A stretch of DNA of 64,000 nucleotides from Malacoraja senta (taxonomy: Eukaryota). The position numbers and the translations under genes were made by a program. Below are positions 26,096 through 39,151 of the stretch, piece by piece (positions within the stretch are counted from its first letter, which is position 1; every line of letters starts with the position of its first letter). The DNA is taken from positions 1 to 64,000 of the forward strand of contig JAXLNO010000627.1 of assembly GCA_038087875.1 (NCBI GenBank). The letters are read 5' to 3'. The notes beneath the pieces were generated by a model, which did no database searches, was not told the DNA's origin, and saw only the letters and a program-made list of their open reading frames with translations.

Positions 26096-26852
26096 GGTGG
26101 TTATATGATGACTATATGATTCGGACCGTGGGTCGAATATCTGATACCCCGACGTGTCGAATATCTGACAGTATCGGACAGTATAGTGCTGGCGGGCAGA
26201 GTCGTACAGCATGGAAACCAACCATTAGCACCAGCACTTGGGCCGATACATACACATCGCGGCACTTTCTGCGTAGACACAGTTGATTGAATTACCCGCC
26301 TAGATACTTCTGAACAGCTGCAGCGACTCTGCTTCAACCACTCTCTCAAGCAGTGTATTTCGGATACTCAACATTCTCTGGGTGAGAATGCTCCTCTCAG
26401 ATCCACAAGCGCCGTTCTATATACGTGCACGGCAATAATTTAGACTGGGTAGAAATGTCTTCTCTCAGCACCATGCTGGGCTAACCCAGCCGTGTTCCTT
26501 TTCGGTACAGTTCAAGTTTATTTAATCATATTTTGACTATACATAGTGACATCATTGTCCTGCGTGGAAACAGGCTCTTTGGTCAACTACGTCTTTACCG
26601 ATCATCATGCCAATCTATACTATTGCCATTTCAATGTATTAATCGCATATCCCTCTGTGACTTGCTCTGTCAAATACCTGTTGAGACGCTTCTTAAATGT
26701 TGTTACTCTCCGGCTTTCACTGGCTGCCTATTTCAGATCTGCGGAAGGTTAAGCCGCCTCCTTCGTATCCAACCAATGTCCTGACCTTGTAGACACCCTA
26801 ACCATGGAATACAAAAGCTCACTATCTACACCGTCGCCTCCTTTCGGTATTC

Positions 26853-26935
26853 CACAGTAAACCCTCGTTAGAACTGACCATACATTGGTGGGGGTTGTCC
26901 GTTTTAGCCAAGTGTTCGTTATAACCGAGTAAGGT
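26853..26935. mobile_element. Possible pogo/Tigger-like MITE remnant
   Basis: cagtaaaccctcgttagaac...gttcgttataaccgag is an imperfect inverted pair resembling Tigger termini. Confidence 0.3.
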
Positions 26936-26999
26936 ATTATCATTGTATGTATTTGAAACAAGGAACATAGTCCTCACCTTTCACCCCATCAGCTCTCCT

Positions 27000-27880
27000 A
27001 CACCACGTGATCCTCTGACATGTTCGCTACCACCAACGGGATCCCACCACCAGCCACATCTTCCCCTCTCCACCCCATTCCACTTTCCGCAGAGACTGTT
27101 CCCTCAGCAACTCCCTGGTTAACTCATCCCTTCCTACCCAAACCACCGCCTCCTCGGGTACTTTCCCCTGCAACCGCAGGAGATGCAACACCAGACCCTA
27201 TACCTCCTACCTCGACTCCGGTCTTTGACCCCGACAGTCATTTCAGGTGAGGCAGAGGTTCACTTGCACCACCTCCAACCTCATCTACAGTTTCTGCTGC
27301 TCCAGGTGTGGAATCTTATATATCGGCGAGACCAAGTGCAGGGTTGGCGGTGGTTTCGCTAAACACCTCCGCTCAGTTCACATAACCCTACACGATCTCC
27401 CGGTTGCTAAACACTGTATGTCCACTTTAATTGCCAAACTGACCTTTCTGCCCTGGGTCTCCTCCACTGCAAGATTGAGGCCTATCGTGAATTGGCGGAA
27501 CAGCACCTCATATTTCACTTGAGCAGCTTATGAATATTGTTATGAATATTGACTTCAGTAACTTCAAATAACCTTTGCTTTCCCTCGCTCTTCATCCCTC
27601 CGCCATTCTAGTTATCCGACCAGTCTGTCTGTCCTACTGATTGGATCTTATCTTTGTATTCTTCAGTCACCTTTCCGTAGCTAACAACGATCTATTTTAC
27701 GTTTTCCTTGCAGTGCATCCTCTTTGATGTCCTTTTTCACACCTTACCCTTCCATATCTCAATCTCCCTCTCCACTGACTCTCAGTCTGAAGACGGGTCT
27801 CGACCTGCAACGTCACCCATTCCTATCCAGAGATGCTGCCTCTCTCACTGAGTTACTCTAGCATGTTGCGCCTTTCTTAA
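27000..27880 (+). mobile_element. Penelope-like element, 3' fragment (GIY-YIG)
   Basis: QRFTCTTSNLIYSFCCSRCGILYIGETK...FAKH and the tail tctgaagacgggtctcgacc...gatgctgcc...gagttactc. Confidence 0.85.
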
Positions 27881-27892
27881 CACTCTGTATCA

Positions 27893-28550
27893 CCGAGTGG
27901 CGCCAGCAATGGCAGCCTCGCCAACAGTCTATCTGTCCTCTCCTTCATTGTGTTTTAATAGTATGCGTTACATGTATGTTTTTAGTGTTATTTAACATGT
28001 TTTATGTGGCGGATAGTTGGGGGGGGGGGTTGAGGGAAATCTCTTACTGTGACGGAGATGCGATTTTTATTCCGTATCGTATTACTGCGGCCTAACCATC
28101 GTGGAGCTGGCGATCCCTTTGCCAGGGATCAACCTCGGAGCTCCAACCGTGGGTGCTTGTGGACACAACATCACGGAGCTCGCGGTCTCTGGTCAGAGAC
28201 CGACTTCGGGAACTCCAAGCCGGAGGAACTTCGATCGCCCCCGACGCGGGAGTTTCGATTGCCCCGACGCGGGAGCTTCGATCACCCCGCCGCGGGGGCT
28301 TCGCCTGCCGGCTGCGGGAGCTTCGACCGCCCCGACGGATGGTTCGACTGCCCCGACTGTGGGAGAATAAAGAGGAAGAGTTTTGGACTTTTTTTTGCCT
28401 TCCATCACAGTGAGGAATGTGGGGAATCCGCTATGGTGGATGTTTATGTTAACTTTTACGTAGTTGTGTGGCTTGTTGCTTATTTTTCGTATGGCTGTAT
28501 GGTAATTCGCGTATCACTGTACCTCAACTGGTACAAGTGGCAATAATTGT
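27893..28550 (+). mobile_element. Non-autonomous GC-rich retroelement (SINE-like), related to 19009-19765
   Basis: Shared 5' and 3' blocks, internal gggagcttcgatcgccccg repeats, ends gtacaagtggcaataa. Confidence 0.6.
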
Positions 28551-29259
28551 TCTTTGAAATCTTTCAAACCAATGCATCTCCTCCATTGCTCTACTTACGA
28601 CCGGCTGTTATTATCTGATCTGGTTGGATACCATGCAAAACATCGTTTATCATTGCGCATCGGTGCACGTGGCAATGATAACTCCAAACGAACACCTAAC
28701 CCATACGGAGTTCCTGCAGCAATGTAACAATTCAGTTTCAGTATGTCTCTCACATTGTTAACGGTTCTACTTTCAGATGGCTTCAATCTTGTTCCAACAC
28801 TTCCCATTACATCGTCAATAAATCTATTCAATCCTTTCTTATTTACAGTTTTAATATGGAATATTGTGTCCACTTTTGCCGTTGCTGGTGGGAACATTAT
28901 GCACCTTTGGCATTATTTGCTGCACTCGCTTCGAATTCATACTGTTCCTTTTTCTGTTATTTCACAATTCAAAAAAATCCCTCTCTAACCCTTTTTCTAA
29001 GGTAGAGTCTGACGTATCTGAGTACCACACTATTGAAGGGGCCCGCATTTGCATTATGCAACCACATTACATATTTGTGTTCTCGGAGACAAGAGTCCTG
29101 GCTGGTCATTTGCATTTCCCAGACACAATAGCAATTACGGCAAAACAATATTTCGTGAAATAAATCAAAATCTGTGATTTAAAACGTCTATTACATTTTT
29201 GGAAAAGCAATATTAAGATTAATACACACTTGTTCCAATCTATCAGCAGCTGGAGAAGA

Positions 29260-31055
29260 TCAGGATCACCCGGGTGAATGTGGATATCAGATATATGAGT
29301 TATAGTGAAGTGGTCGCACCAAGCGTACAGGCTGAACTAGATACGTGACCACTAAGAAAGGAATCCACTGGGGCAGTCCCCTTGACAACAGCTATGCCTC
29401 ATTGGATATTGCTGGGAGGATGACTGTTCTTCAGAGGTCTTGTCTATGGCGCAGCTCTGATCCTGGCTCTGAGGCACGGTGGGAAAGTGTGGACACAGGC
29501 AGTCCATAGTGATAGGGAACTCGTTATCTATGTGGGAAGACAGGAGATACTGTGGTAGCAAACGTCCACTGGAAGGTGTGTAGCCTCCTTGGTACCAAGG
29601 TGCAAAATTTCTCGGAGCGGCTGGATACATTCTCAAGGGAGAAGGTGAACAGCCGGAAGTCGCTGGTTAAATTGGCACATACGACATTATTAAGGAAATG
29701 AACGAGGTCTTCAAGTGAATATAGGGAGCTAGCAAGATCTCGGGGGTAATAATCTCCGGTTTGCTCCAGGATCCGCGTGCTGGTGAAAGTAAGAACAGGA
29801 GATAGAGCAGGTGAACGCATGGCTAAGGGACTGGTGCAGGCGGCAGGTATTCAGATGTTTGGACCAATGGGATTATTCTGAGGCAGATGTGGTCCGTACA
29901 CGGGGAATGGGTTGCAGCAGAAGTGGAGAGGGCCAAACGGATCATTCTGGGACAGGTGATATGTACAAGAGGGATGGGTTGTAGAAGAGCTGGGGTCGGA
30001 AGGGGGTGAGGGGGAGAATCAGCAGGTTTACGAGTGCTGTTTGAGATAGCTTAAATTAGTTTGGCAGATCCCATCCAGGACTGAGGCATGGGAGAGGCTG
30101 GAAGTCCGTACGGTAGGCAATGAAAGCATTTTCAGGGCACAGGCTAGGTAGGAACATGGCAGATAGAGAAGAAGGAGTTGGATTAAATTATATTTATTTC
30201 AGTGCAAGAAACTGGGCGGATAAGGGGGTGTGAGCTCAGGACGTGGATATGTACGGATGCTATAACCGTAACCTGTCAAGAAGAGGGACATGACTGGCTT
30301 CTTAATGTTCCAGGGTACATGTGTGACAGGTGAAATATTGATAGGGGTAACATTGGCGGCGCATTTGGTTCGCTTATTAAGGAGATCGTGCGAGATGACA
30401 TTAGTGATGGATCGTCAGCATTGTGTGGAGATAGAGCAGGATTTGTGTGTGGATTTGAAAAATTAAAAAGTTGGTGATCACCTTGCTGGGAGTGCTATAT
30501 ATGCCACTAATAGATAAATTAAAGAGAAATGAGAATAACAAATATGCTCAGAGATTGCATTTAGCTACTAGACTAATAAAATTGCCCTAATGGGGGATAT
30601 GTACTGCGATTATTATAGTACCAAGGGATTTGACGGGGAGGAATTTGTCAAATGTATTCAGGAAAGTTTCTAAAGCCAACATGTAAAAGCCCCAACAAGG
30701 AAGTGGACAGAGCGTGACGTAGTTGAAGGAAGATGGGAAGGGCAAGCATCTAGAATGGCGGTAGGCAATAATGTTTTCACCAACGACTACAGGTCTACAA
30801 GCTTTCAAATTGTTATGTACTAGCATAGTATGGGCCGACAATATCTGACCAACTTTACGCGACCATGCTGGAAACTACAAACGCTAATTGGAGTAGGATG
30901 TTTGCGGATAAAGTGATGTATGGAAAGCAGGATACCTTTAAAAAAAGTGACTGTGAGAATTCAAAACATGCATGTTCCTGTTAGAGTTAAGGGCAAAAGA
31001 GTAAGGAAGCGAGCCTTGGTGACGAAATAATTGAGTGTTTGGTCAGGAAAAATGA
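29260..31055 (+). mobile_element. Ancient CR1 (ORF1 esterase and ORF2 endonuclease remnants)
   Basis: Degenerate gtgatagggaactcg...gacaggagatactgtgg...gtgtagcctccttggtacc (esterase) and aatgttccagggtac, gaggaatttgtcaaatgtattcaggaaagtttc (endonuclease). Confidence 0.65.
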
Positions 31056-31084
31056 GGCATGGGAGCTACTGGCCTCTGGGAGCA

Positions 31085-31303
31085 AGTGTGGAGAATCTGT
31101 GGAATTCTCTGCCTCAGAAGGCAGTGGAGGCCAATTCTCTGGATGCTTTCAAGAGAGTTAGATAGACCTCTTAAAGATAGCGGAGTCTGGATGTGGCGAG
31201 AAGACAGGAACGGGTTACTGATTGTGGATGATCAGCCATGATCATATTGAATGGCGGTACTGGCTCGAAGGGCCAAATGGCCTACTCCTGCACCTATTGT
31301 CTA
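31085..31303 (+). mobile_element. CR1 LINE, 3' end
   Basis: gaatctgtggaattctctgcctcagaaggcagtggaggcc...cctactcctgcacctattgtctat. Confidence 0.9.
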
Positions 31304-31331
31304 TCCTTGGAAGAGTGGAAAGGAGGCGAAG

Positions 31332-31793
31332 GTGTGTGTATGCGTGTGTGGTGTATGTATGCGCGTGTGTGTGTATGTGTGTGTGTGTATGTGTGTGGTG
31401 TGTGTGTGGGGTCCGTGTGTGTGTGTGTGTGTATATATGTGTGTGGTATGTGTGTATGTGTGGTGTGTGTGGGGGGGTGCGTGTGTATGTGTGCGTCTGT
31501 GTGTGGTGTGTGGGTGTTGTGTATGTGTGGTGTGTGGGTGTTGTGTATGTGTGTGGTGTGTGTGTTGTGTGTGTGTGTGTGGTGTGTGTGTGTATGTGTG
31601 GTGTGTGTGTGTGTATGTGTGTGGTGTGTGTGTTGTGTGTGTGTGTGTGGTGTGTGTGTGTATGTGTGGTGTGTGTATGTGGTGTGTGTGTGTGTGGGGG
31701 GGGGTTGTGTATTTGTGTGTGCGTGTGTGTAGTGTGTGTGTGTTTATGTATGCGGGTTGTGTATGTGTATGTGCGTGTGTGTGTGTGCGTGTG
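31332..31793. repeat. Long imperfect (GT)n microsatellite
   Basis: Direct inspection. It explains the C/V-rich and H/T-rich ORFs. Confidence 0.95.
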
Positions 31794-31852
31794 TTGCCGC
31801 ATGTTGCTGCACCTCCACACAGAGTCTTAATCCTCCATTGCTAACACCCAAC

Positions 31853-33078
31853 AAAGTCAAGTCAAGTCAAGTCACTTTTATTTCTATAGCACATTTAAAA
31901 AACAACTCTCGTTGGCCAAAGTGCTTTACATTGGTGGAGGTACTAACGTTATACAACATTGGTTCATAGATTAAGTACATACATAAATACATACATATAG
32001 CCCTCCCTCAGAGGACGTCAAGAAAGGCTTGAGAGTAAAGATGAGTTTTATGTCTCGACTTAAAGGATTCGATGGAGGGGGCAGTTCTGATGGAAGAGGG
32101 ATGCTGTTCCGCAGTCTAGGAGCTGCAACCGCAAAGGCGCGGTCGCCCCTGAGCTTATGCCTAGACCGCGGAATGTTCAGTAACCCCAAGTCGGCCGATC
32201 TGAGGGACATGGAGGTGGTGTGGTGGGTAAGCAGACTTTTGATGTAGGTGGGGGCAAGCCCGTTAAGGGCTTTGTAAACATAAAGAAGGATCTGCAATAA
32301 AGGATCTTTATTCGGAACCGCACAGGGAGCCAGTGGAGAGAGGCCAGAATCGGGGTGATGTGGTCCCTTTTTCGGGTGCCCGTCAGGAGTCTCGCTGCAG
32401 CGTTTTGGACCAGTTGCAGGTGGGACAGGGAAGATTGGCTGATGCCAGTGTAAAGGGAGTTGCAGTAATCGAGGCGGGAGGAGATAAATGTGTGGATGAT
32501 CTTTTCGAGGTCATCAAACTGGAGGAATTGTTTTATTTTAGCTATCGTCCGAAGCTGGAAGAAGCTAGTTTTTACCATGGCATTGACTTATTTGTCAAAT
32601 TTCAATGCTGAGTCAAATATCACGCCAAGGTTTTTGACGTGAGGTTTGAGTAATGGGGTAAGGCTTCCAAGGCTGCCTGCTATCATTTTGATTGAGTCCG
32701 AGGGGCCGAGAAGGATGATCTCAGACTTACTCTCGTTTAGTTGGAGGAAATTCTGGACCATCCAACACTTTATATCCTCGAGGCAGTGAATAAGGGTAAG
32801 TAGATTTGATTGTTTTGGGGCTTCAGGGGGAGATAGAGTTGTGTATTGTCTGCATTGCAATGGAAGGAAATGCCATGCCTTTGAATGACTTGGCCTAAGG
32901 GGAGCATATACAGGGAGAAGAGAATGGGGCCAAGGATGGAACCTTGTGGAACCCCACAGCAGAGGCTAGCTGGGGAGGAGAAAGAGTTGCCTATGTTAGT
33001 AGAGAAACTCCTACATTTGAGGTAGGAGATGAACCAGCTCAGGGCAGTGCTATCAATACCAACCATGTGCTGGAGACG
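31853..33078 (-). mobile_element. L2-clade LINE, 3' part (RT)
   Basis: [57 protein letters not shown]. (AAGTC)n tail at 31854-31873. Confidence 0.92.
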
Positions 33079-34274
33079 GACAAGTCAGCATTCTTTCCTT
33101 TCCCTCCAATTTGTTATATTAGTACCACAATTTATGATCGCCGGACAACAATATGGGATCTAATAGAACAAATATAGGTAGCAAAATTGAACATACCGGG
33201 TTTGCAGCCATGTGGTTCTATGCAGTGCTCTGCTCGCTGTGTCATGTGTTGGAGGGGATTGTGTGCCTGACCAGTACCCTGATTCTGGCTTCACGTGAGA
33301 CCATGTCGCACTCATAATGATGGCTCAAATCAGGCGAGCACGGTAAGAAAATCTCGTAGAGTAGCGGTGGTTTACTCAAACATTCATAGAACTTTATAGA
33401 ACGTGACAGTGTGTACTGGAAAACATTCTGTGAGGAGCCACATTTTTCAACGATTCACAGCACTTACAGTTTGTACAGCTCGCGTCACAATGGTTACATG
33501 CGGATTTCACAATTTTGAAACGATGCACATGACAATGAAACACTTTTGCTTTAACGCTCTTAATATGTACGATTTTGGGTTAAATATATTACAAACTTGC
33601 CCAAATTTCTCATCACTTCCATAATTTGCTGAGTCACCTTTACACCCAAGATCTCCCCCTCCCCAGAGTGAAACCTCTGCTGCGGGTATTCGATGGGACA
33701 GTGCCCTGAAGTGACCAAAGACGTGGTTTTAATAGTAAGATTAAACGAGAACATACCAGTTTGAAGTTTGATCTTTATTTTATGAGGAGTTACGATGAGG
33801 GATTACGTGAAGAAGCCCGCCAGCCGCATGCGCGTCAACCTTCAAAGCAGCGATGTGAAATCACAGATAACAGTTGTTGAACTGAATATAGGAAGATTCG
33901 AGAAACTAGAACTACCAGCTGACCTTTATGAGAGAGGGTTGGAAGCGGAGGGCACGTAATCCCTCATCGTAACTCCTCATAAAATAAAGATCAAACTTCA
34001 AACTGGTAAGTTCTCGTTTAAACTTACTATTTTACTTCGGAGTCATGTGAGTGACTACGTGAAGATTTCAAAGCTCTGTGATTTCATGCCGTGAACACCA
34101 GTCCATGCAACCACTGCATTAGTTGACCAAGGAGGAGTGAAAATCATAATGCATTCAGACGTGACATAGATTTAAAGCATGCTGATACTTTTTATTAAAC
34201 AAAAATTGACGAATATGAAATAATAGAGACCCCTCACATCCGGGTTAAATTATAAAACAGAACTTAAAATTGAG

Positions 34275-35234
34275 TTAGCAAACACCCCCCGGCCTGGCAA
34301 TGGGTTTGTTATAAAACGTTTGGAAAGTTCTTTCCTTTGACCATCCCGCCGCCGCTAGGATGTGGTCCAATGGAAACTCCAAAACCCTCGCTGCTGATGT
34401 TGTTGCAGCCCTGGTGGAGTGAGATTTAAAAATATCACTGTCCATATCTGCACAAGCCAAAACCTGTCTTAACCACCTCGAGATGGTCTGCACTGACACC
34501 CTCTTGTGAGGTTTTTTGTGGCTACCAAATACTGCTAGTTCAGTGCCTCTGAGACTTTTTGTGGCCTTAATATACTGTTGTAGATGTGTGACCACACAAA
34601 ACCTACGGTCCATGGGGTATGCCATAAACACTAATTTGAGACTTGATGCCCCTGGTCTGCTCTGCTTGACTAAGTCATGCACATAAAAAGTTATTTTACT
34701 GGCAGAAATAACCATTGTGTCCAGTCATAGTTTATGCAACGACTGGACCCGTTGCGCCGAAATCAGTGCCATGAACATAACCAATTTAAAAGTTAGTCTG
34801 ACTAGTGACAGTGATGTAGCTGGAGCCACCGCCGAAGCAGCATCAGTACAATGTTCACATCCCATATCTCCGAGTACCTTGAACTGGGGGGGATTGGTGT
34901 TGAAGATACCCTTCATGAACCTGGATATCAGCGGGTGAGACCCGACAGCGTGGCGTCCCGATCCCACCAACAAGTATAACGACAATGCACTCCTAGCACA
35001 ATTAATGGCACTGTAACTCAATCTTTCATCTAAAACTAGATTGGTCAGAAATTCCAAGACATCCGTCACCCGTGCCGTGTCATACGTGATGTTGGATTGC
35101 GAACAGAACGTTTCCCATCTCTTCATATAGGAGATGTACTGCTTCTTGGTGCTATCTCTCCAAGCCACAGTGATCATGTCCACAGTTCGATCTGACAGTC
35201 CGAGCCCCAGGAAAGGTCTCCTCAGAGTCTGCAA
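34275..35234 (-). pseudogene. DIRS tyrosine recombinase (frameshifted)
   Basis: ORFs 34725-35234 and 34275-34715: SYSAINCARSALS, HPLISRFMKG, SAQRVQSL, HSTRAATTS, AAGWS...TFQTFY. Confidence 0.9.
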
Positions 35235-35412
35235 ATCAACAAATTTATTCGATCATGTGGCTCTCCCCAGTCACGGGATGAACCAGCAGATTACTGCGTT
35301 TGGGAATGGCCATAAAAGGCTCTGATATCATTCCCAGTATCAATGGGAACCATGGCTGTGTAGGCCAGTCAGGCACTACCAAAATGCCTGACGCTGAGTC
35401 TTGTTGGATCTT

Positions 35413-37100
35413 TTACAAGACCCGGCTGATGAGGCAGAACGGAGGGAATGCATAGAAAAACATTCCTCCCCAGTCTAGCGAGAATGCATCCATCGCTACT
35501 GCCCCTGGGTCTGGCTCCCATGCAACATACTTTGGTAACTGGTGATTAAGCCTGGATGCGAATAAATCGATATCCGGCGTTCCATACCGAGCGATAATGT
35601 TGGTGAACACTTTATGATCCAACATCCACTCTGTGTTGTCATTAAATTTACGTGACCTGGTGTCTGCCACTATATTGAGCCTACCTGGCAGGTAGGTAGC
35701 TGAAATCCAAATGCTTCTTACAATACACCAGTGCCAAATAAGTTTAGCCAAATTATCACAGGATACTGACTTAATTCCACCCATGTGATTAATATATGCC
35801 ACCGCTGTGGTGTTGTCAACCTGAAGTTGAACATGCAGATGATGCATATTGGCACAATAAGCCTTCAGCCCATAGAATGCTCCCAGCATCTCTAAATAGT
35901 TAATACCACGTGACTGAAGAAATGATGATTCATGCACATCCCATCTGCCACCGCAACTAGAGATGGTATTAGTAGCTCCCCATCCTTGAGCACTAGCATT
36001 AGTTTGTAATATAACTGAAAGTTTGCTGACTAAAATGGTATTGGAGCAGTGCCGGATATTGGTCGTCCACCATTGTAATTCTGAAATAGCATCAGCTGGT
36101 AGCCGCATAGGTCTGTTACAATGACCTGCATGATGTTTGAGTGCTTGCTCCTTTGCACGTTGTAAATTCTGATAATGCAAAGGTCCAAACTGAGCAGCTG
36201 GAAAGGCAGCCACTAATTTGCCAACTACACTGGCTACTTGTCGAATAGATGGTTGCTCAATAACAACAAGGTTGTTACAGGCTTCTATTAATTCTAATCT
36301 CTTGCCCCAGGGCAGAGTTACAGACAGATGAATAGAGTTAATGGTAAATCCCAAATAATCAATAACTCTAGATGGTATCAACTTAGATTTATCTGGATGG
36401 CTGAGATACCCCAATCTCTCAAACAAGAGTTTAGTGGCTGAAACAGCTAATTTAGCTAATTTCAGAGTTTTTTCTATAATTAGGATATCATCCAAGTATG
36501 CCATAACAATATGATTTGGGGCTCTAAGAAGCCCTAGCGCCGGTTTCAATAATTTGGTAAATAATCTGGGGGCTGATGTTAACCCATTAGGCAATGCTTT
36601 AAACTGCCACAGTTGCCCCATCCAGTTAAACTTTAAATATCGCCGGTGATCCCTGTGAATGGGTACCGAATAGTATGCATCTTTGAGATCGATGCATGCC
36701 ATAAAGCATCCTTTGGAAATCAGTTGTTTGGCAGTAACGAAGGTTTACATTTTAAAATGTCTATACTGCACAAAAGCGTTAAGTTGAGTCAAATCAAGGA
36801 CGATTCGGCATCCTCAATCTTTCTTTTGTCTTGTAAATATATTAGAAACGAATTCATGAGGTTCATGACTCGACCTCTCAATCACCCCTTTTGTATATAC
36901 GTTTTGAATTTCAGCTTGCACATCCAAACCTTCCTGTTGTGAATGAACAAATGTCCGGTTTGGTGCATGCTGTGTGGGTGGCAATGAATTGGGAAGGAAT
37001 TCGATTTGGAACCCCTGTATACTGTGCAGTATAAACTGATCTGACATTACCCAACTCCATTCATTCAAAAACAAGTGTAATCTCCCACCAACTTGTAAAC
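35413..37100 (-). pseudogene. DIRS RT - RNase H - adenine-methyltransferase-like polyprotein (disrupted)
   Basis: VGGRLHLF..W, IDLKDAY, LPNGLTSAPRLF, YLDD, TNASAQGWG, INYLEM, VDNTT, DLFASRLN and YAFPPF. Frameshift near 36800 and probable premature TAA at 35413. Confidence 0.9.
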
Positions 37101-38787
37101 GGTCCACACACCCCATGTTCCGGAAAGAACCAGACCCACCTACCTCCATGGTTACCGGTGGTTGTGTGGTTTTTATTTCCGCCCCCGAGGTTTGGGGGGT
37201 AGGGTTGCTGGAGAGCGCTGATGGCGCATTTCCACGAGGGCCGGATTGGGCCATGCCCTAAAAAAGACTTCTGCCCAGAATATACGGCCTTCGAGCTGCC
37301 ACCAGCTTCAGCGAACCGCTTGCTGCTGATGGAAGCGTAGCGGTGCTGCCGCCGGAATCGTGAAGCTCTGCTGGTCGACGGCGCCTTCATCAGCCCGACA
37401 GCTTTCGCTTCTTCATCGAGGTCCTTGACCTATTTTGACGGATTTTCTCCGAAGAGAAGATTCGGCGGCTGGATGTTGCTGGCCCTGCACAACCCCGCAA
37501 ATTTGGGGTTCAGGGCAGGTCAATTGGCATTTTTTCGAAAGGAATTAATTTCAAAATGTACTGACTCCGTATGCTCCGCTCCTCAGAGAGGGAGACATTG
37601 TGCAGCCCTGAACCAGGCGCCGCCGCGGGCCCCCGAGGAGACCCGCGCTGATATACCTCCGTCCCCGGAGAATATCATGATGGAGCATCCTTTCCATCAG
37701 GTGCTCCATCCGGGATAAACGTCCGAAGACGCTACCAATTGTAGGAGGCGAGCCCTCCTGGCCTGACTCGTCCGAGTCCACAGGCCTATCCGACCTTCTC
37801 TTGGCTTTACCCCCTTTCTGGGGAACCACAGTGCTTTCGACAGGCACTAAGTCGGAAGCCGCTGACCGCACCGTCAGCGACTCGGGTGGCGAAATCGACG
37901 GCCACCGGCTACCCGCACTCCCGCGGTCCTCCATAGCCGGTTTTCCCGCGGCCCGTCTGGACTTCGCCCTGGAATATTCCATGATAATTGGAAACTCGCC
38001 GTTCTGTAATCAAGATTACTGAACAAAAATCGACCTCAGAATAAGTGCAAAACTTACCCGTGGGGCTTTTTAAACTTACCGCTGGAGGAGCAACGCGCCT
38101 CCCAGCCAGTCATGTGCCATACGTTAGACGTATTGACGCGAATGCGGGCTGGCGGGCTTCTTCACGTAGTCACTCACGTGACTCCGAAGTAAATTCACGG
38201 TTCACTGCTGACCATTGAGCACGGGTTATCTCCCAACTATTTTGTCGGTCCCTTTCAGAAACCCAGCGTTGCAACTCGTCCGTCCATCACCTTCCCAGAG
38301 GATTGTATTTAGATTACTGATTCGCTGTCGATTATACGATCTCCATGATGTATGCCAGCCCTTACTTGGCTATTCTCTTTTATTTTCATGAAAACCACGC
38401 CCACTGCCTAAATCCTTGGAGGAAATGAGTCAGGGAGCAAAGGTGATACTTGGTAAGCATGTCGTTTGGATGTTCTATGAACATGCTGGTTCCCCAACCT
38501 TGGTATTTCACTGAATGCTCACACTGAAAAACGACATTTAATTCGAAATTACGTTGGAGTTAAGGAAAGAAGTGTGTTGACGGCACAGAAACTGACTGAG
38601 TCGCGGTCCCCACCGTGCAGTGTTAGAACTATTTAATCTACTCTACCTGTGTATATACACTGATTTGGTGAACGGTAGATACACCTACAGTGCATAATTG
38701 GGATAAGCAGTATCCGACTAAATGGCCCGTGTTTGCAAGAAAGCTACTGTTGGAGACTCTGCGGTTAAATAAATGGGACCATCGGAG

Positions 38788-39110
38788 GAGAGTGTCGCAG
38801 CTCTTAGAGCGTTTGCCTGATGACACCATAGACCCGGGTAACCTCGCCTGTTGGCTTGTGGACTTTGTGCCTTCTCCCCTTGACCACATATGTCCAGCCC
38901 AAAGTTTCCGTAACCTCCACAATGACGGGCAATTTGGACATTGTGCATCATCTGTAAATTCCCACGATTATGCCGCTGAATTTCGAATTGGGGGGAAGGG
39001 CTATAGGGTTGATACAATTTATGGAGATTATAATCAGTGTCAGATTAGTGTAAGTAGATGTTTGATGCGGTCATAATGTGTGCCGCGCCTGTTTGAGTAA
39101 TGCATCTCGA
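38788..39110 (+). mobile_element. Old HE1/HER1-like SINE
   Basis: tRNA-like head gtgtcgcagctcttagagcgtttgcctgatgacaccatagacccggg with a degenerate body. Confidence 0.45.
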
Positions 39111-39151
39111 CAGATCTGATTCTAATATTTGATTATGATGCTTTAAATGCT

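Larger units (their letters stand above)
33731..38193 (-). mobile_element. DIRS1-type tyrosine-recombinase retrotransposon with both termini and ICR
   Basis: 5' end TTTACTTCGGAGTCACGTGAG at 38193. Inverted repeat TACGTGAAGAAGCCCGCCAGCC at 33804 versus ~38147-38168. The internal complementary region 33953-34065 joins the 3'-end and 5'-end sequences. RT/RH/MT and YR ORFs inside. No TSD. Confidence 0.95.

Noticed and set aside
28595..29163. Three ORFs of 81-100 aa
   Set aside because: No motifs recognised; cannot support coding.
31222..31844. Long Cys/Val- and His/Thr-rich ORFs
   Set aside because: Artefacts of the (GT)n microsatellite.
35413..35650. Bacterial or phage Dam methylase contamination or transfer
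   Set aside because: The domain is fused to DIRS RT-RNase H, a known feature of DIRS1-group elements.
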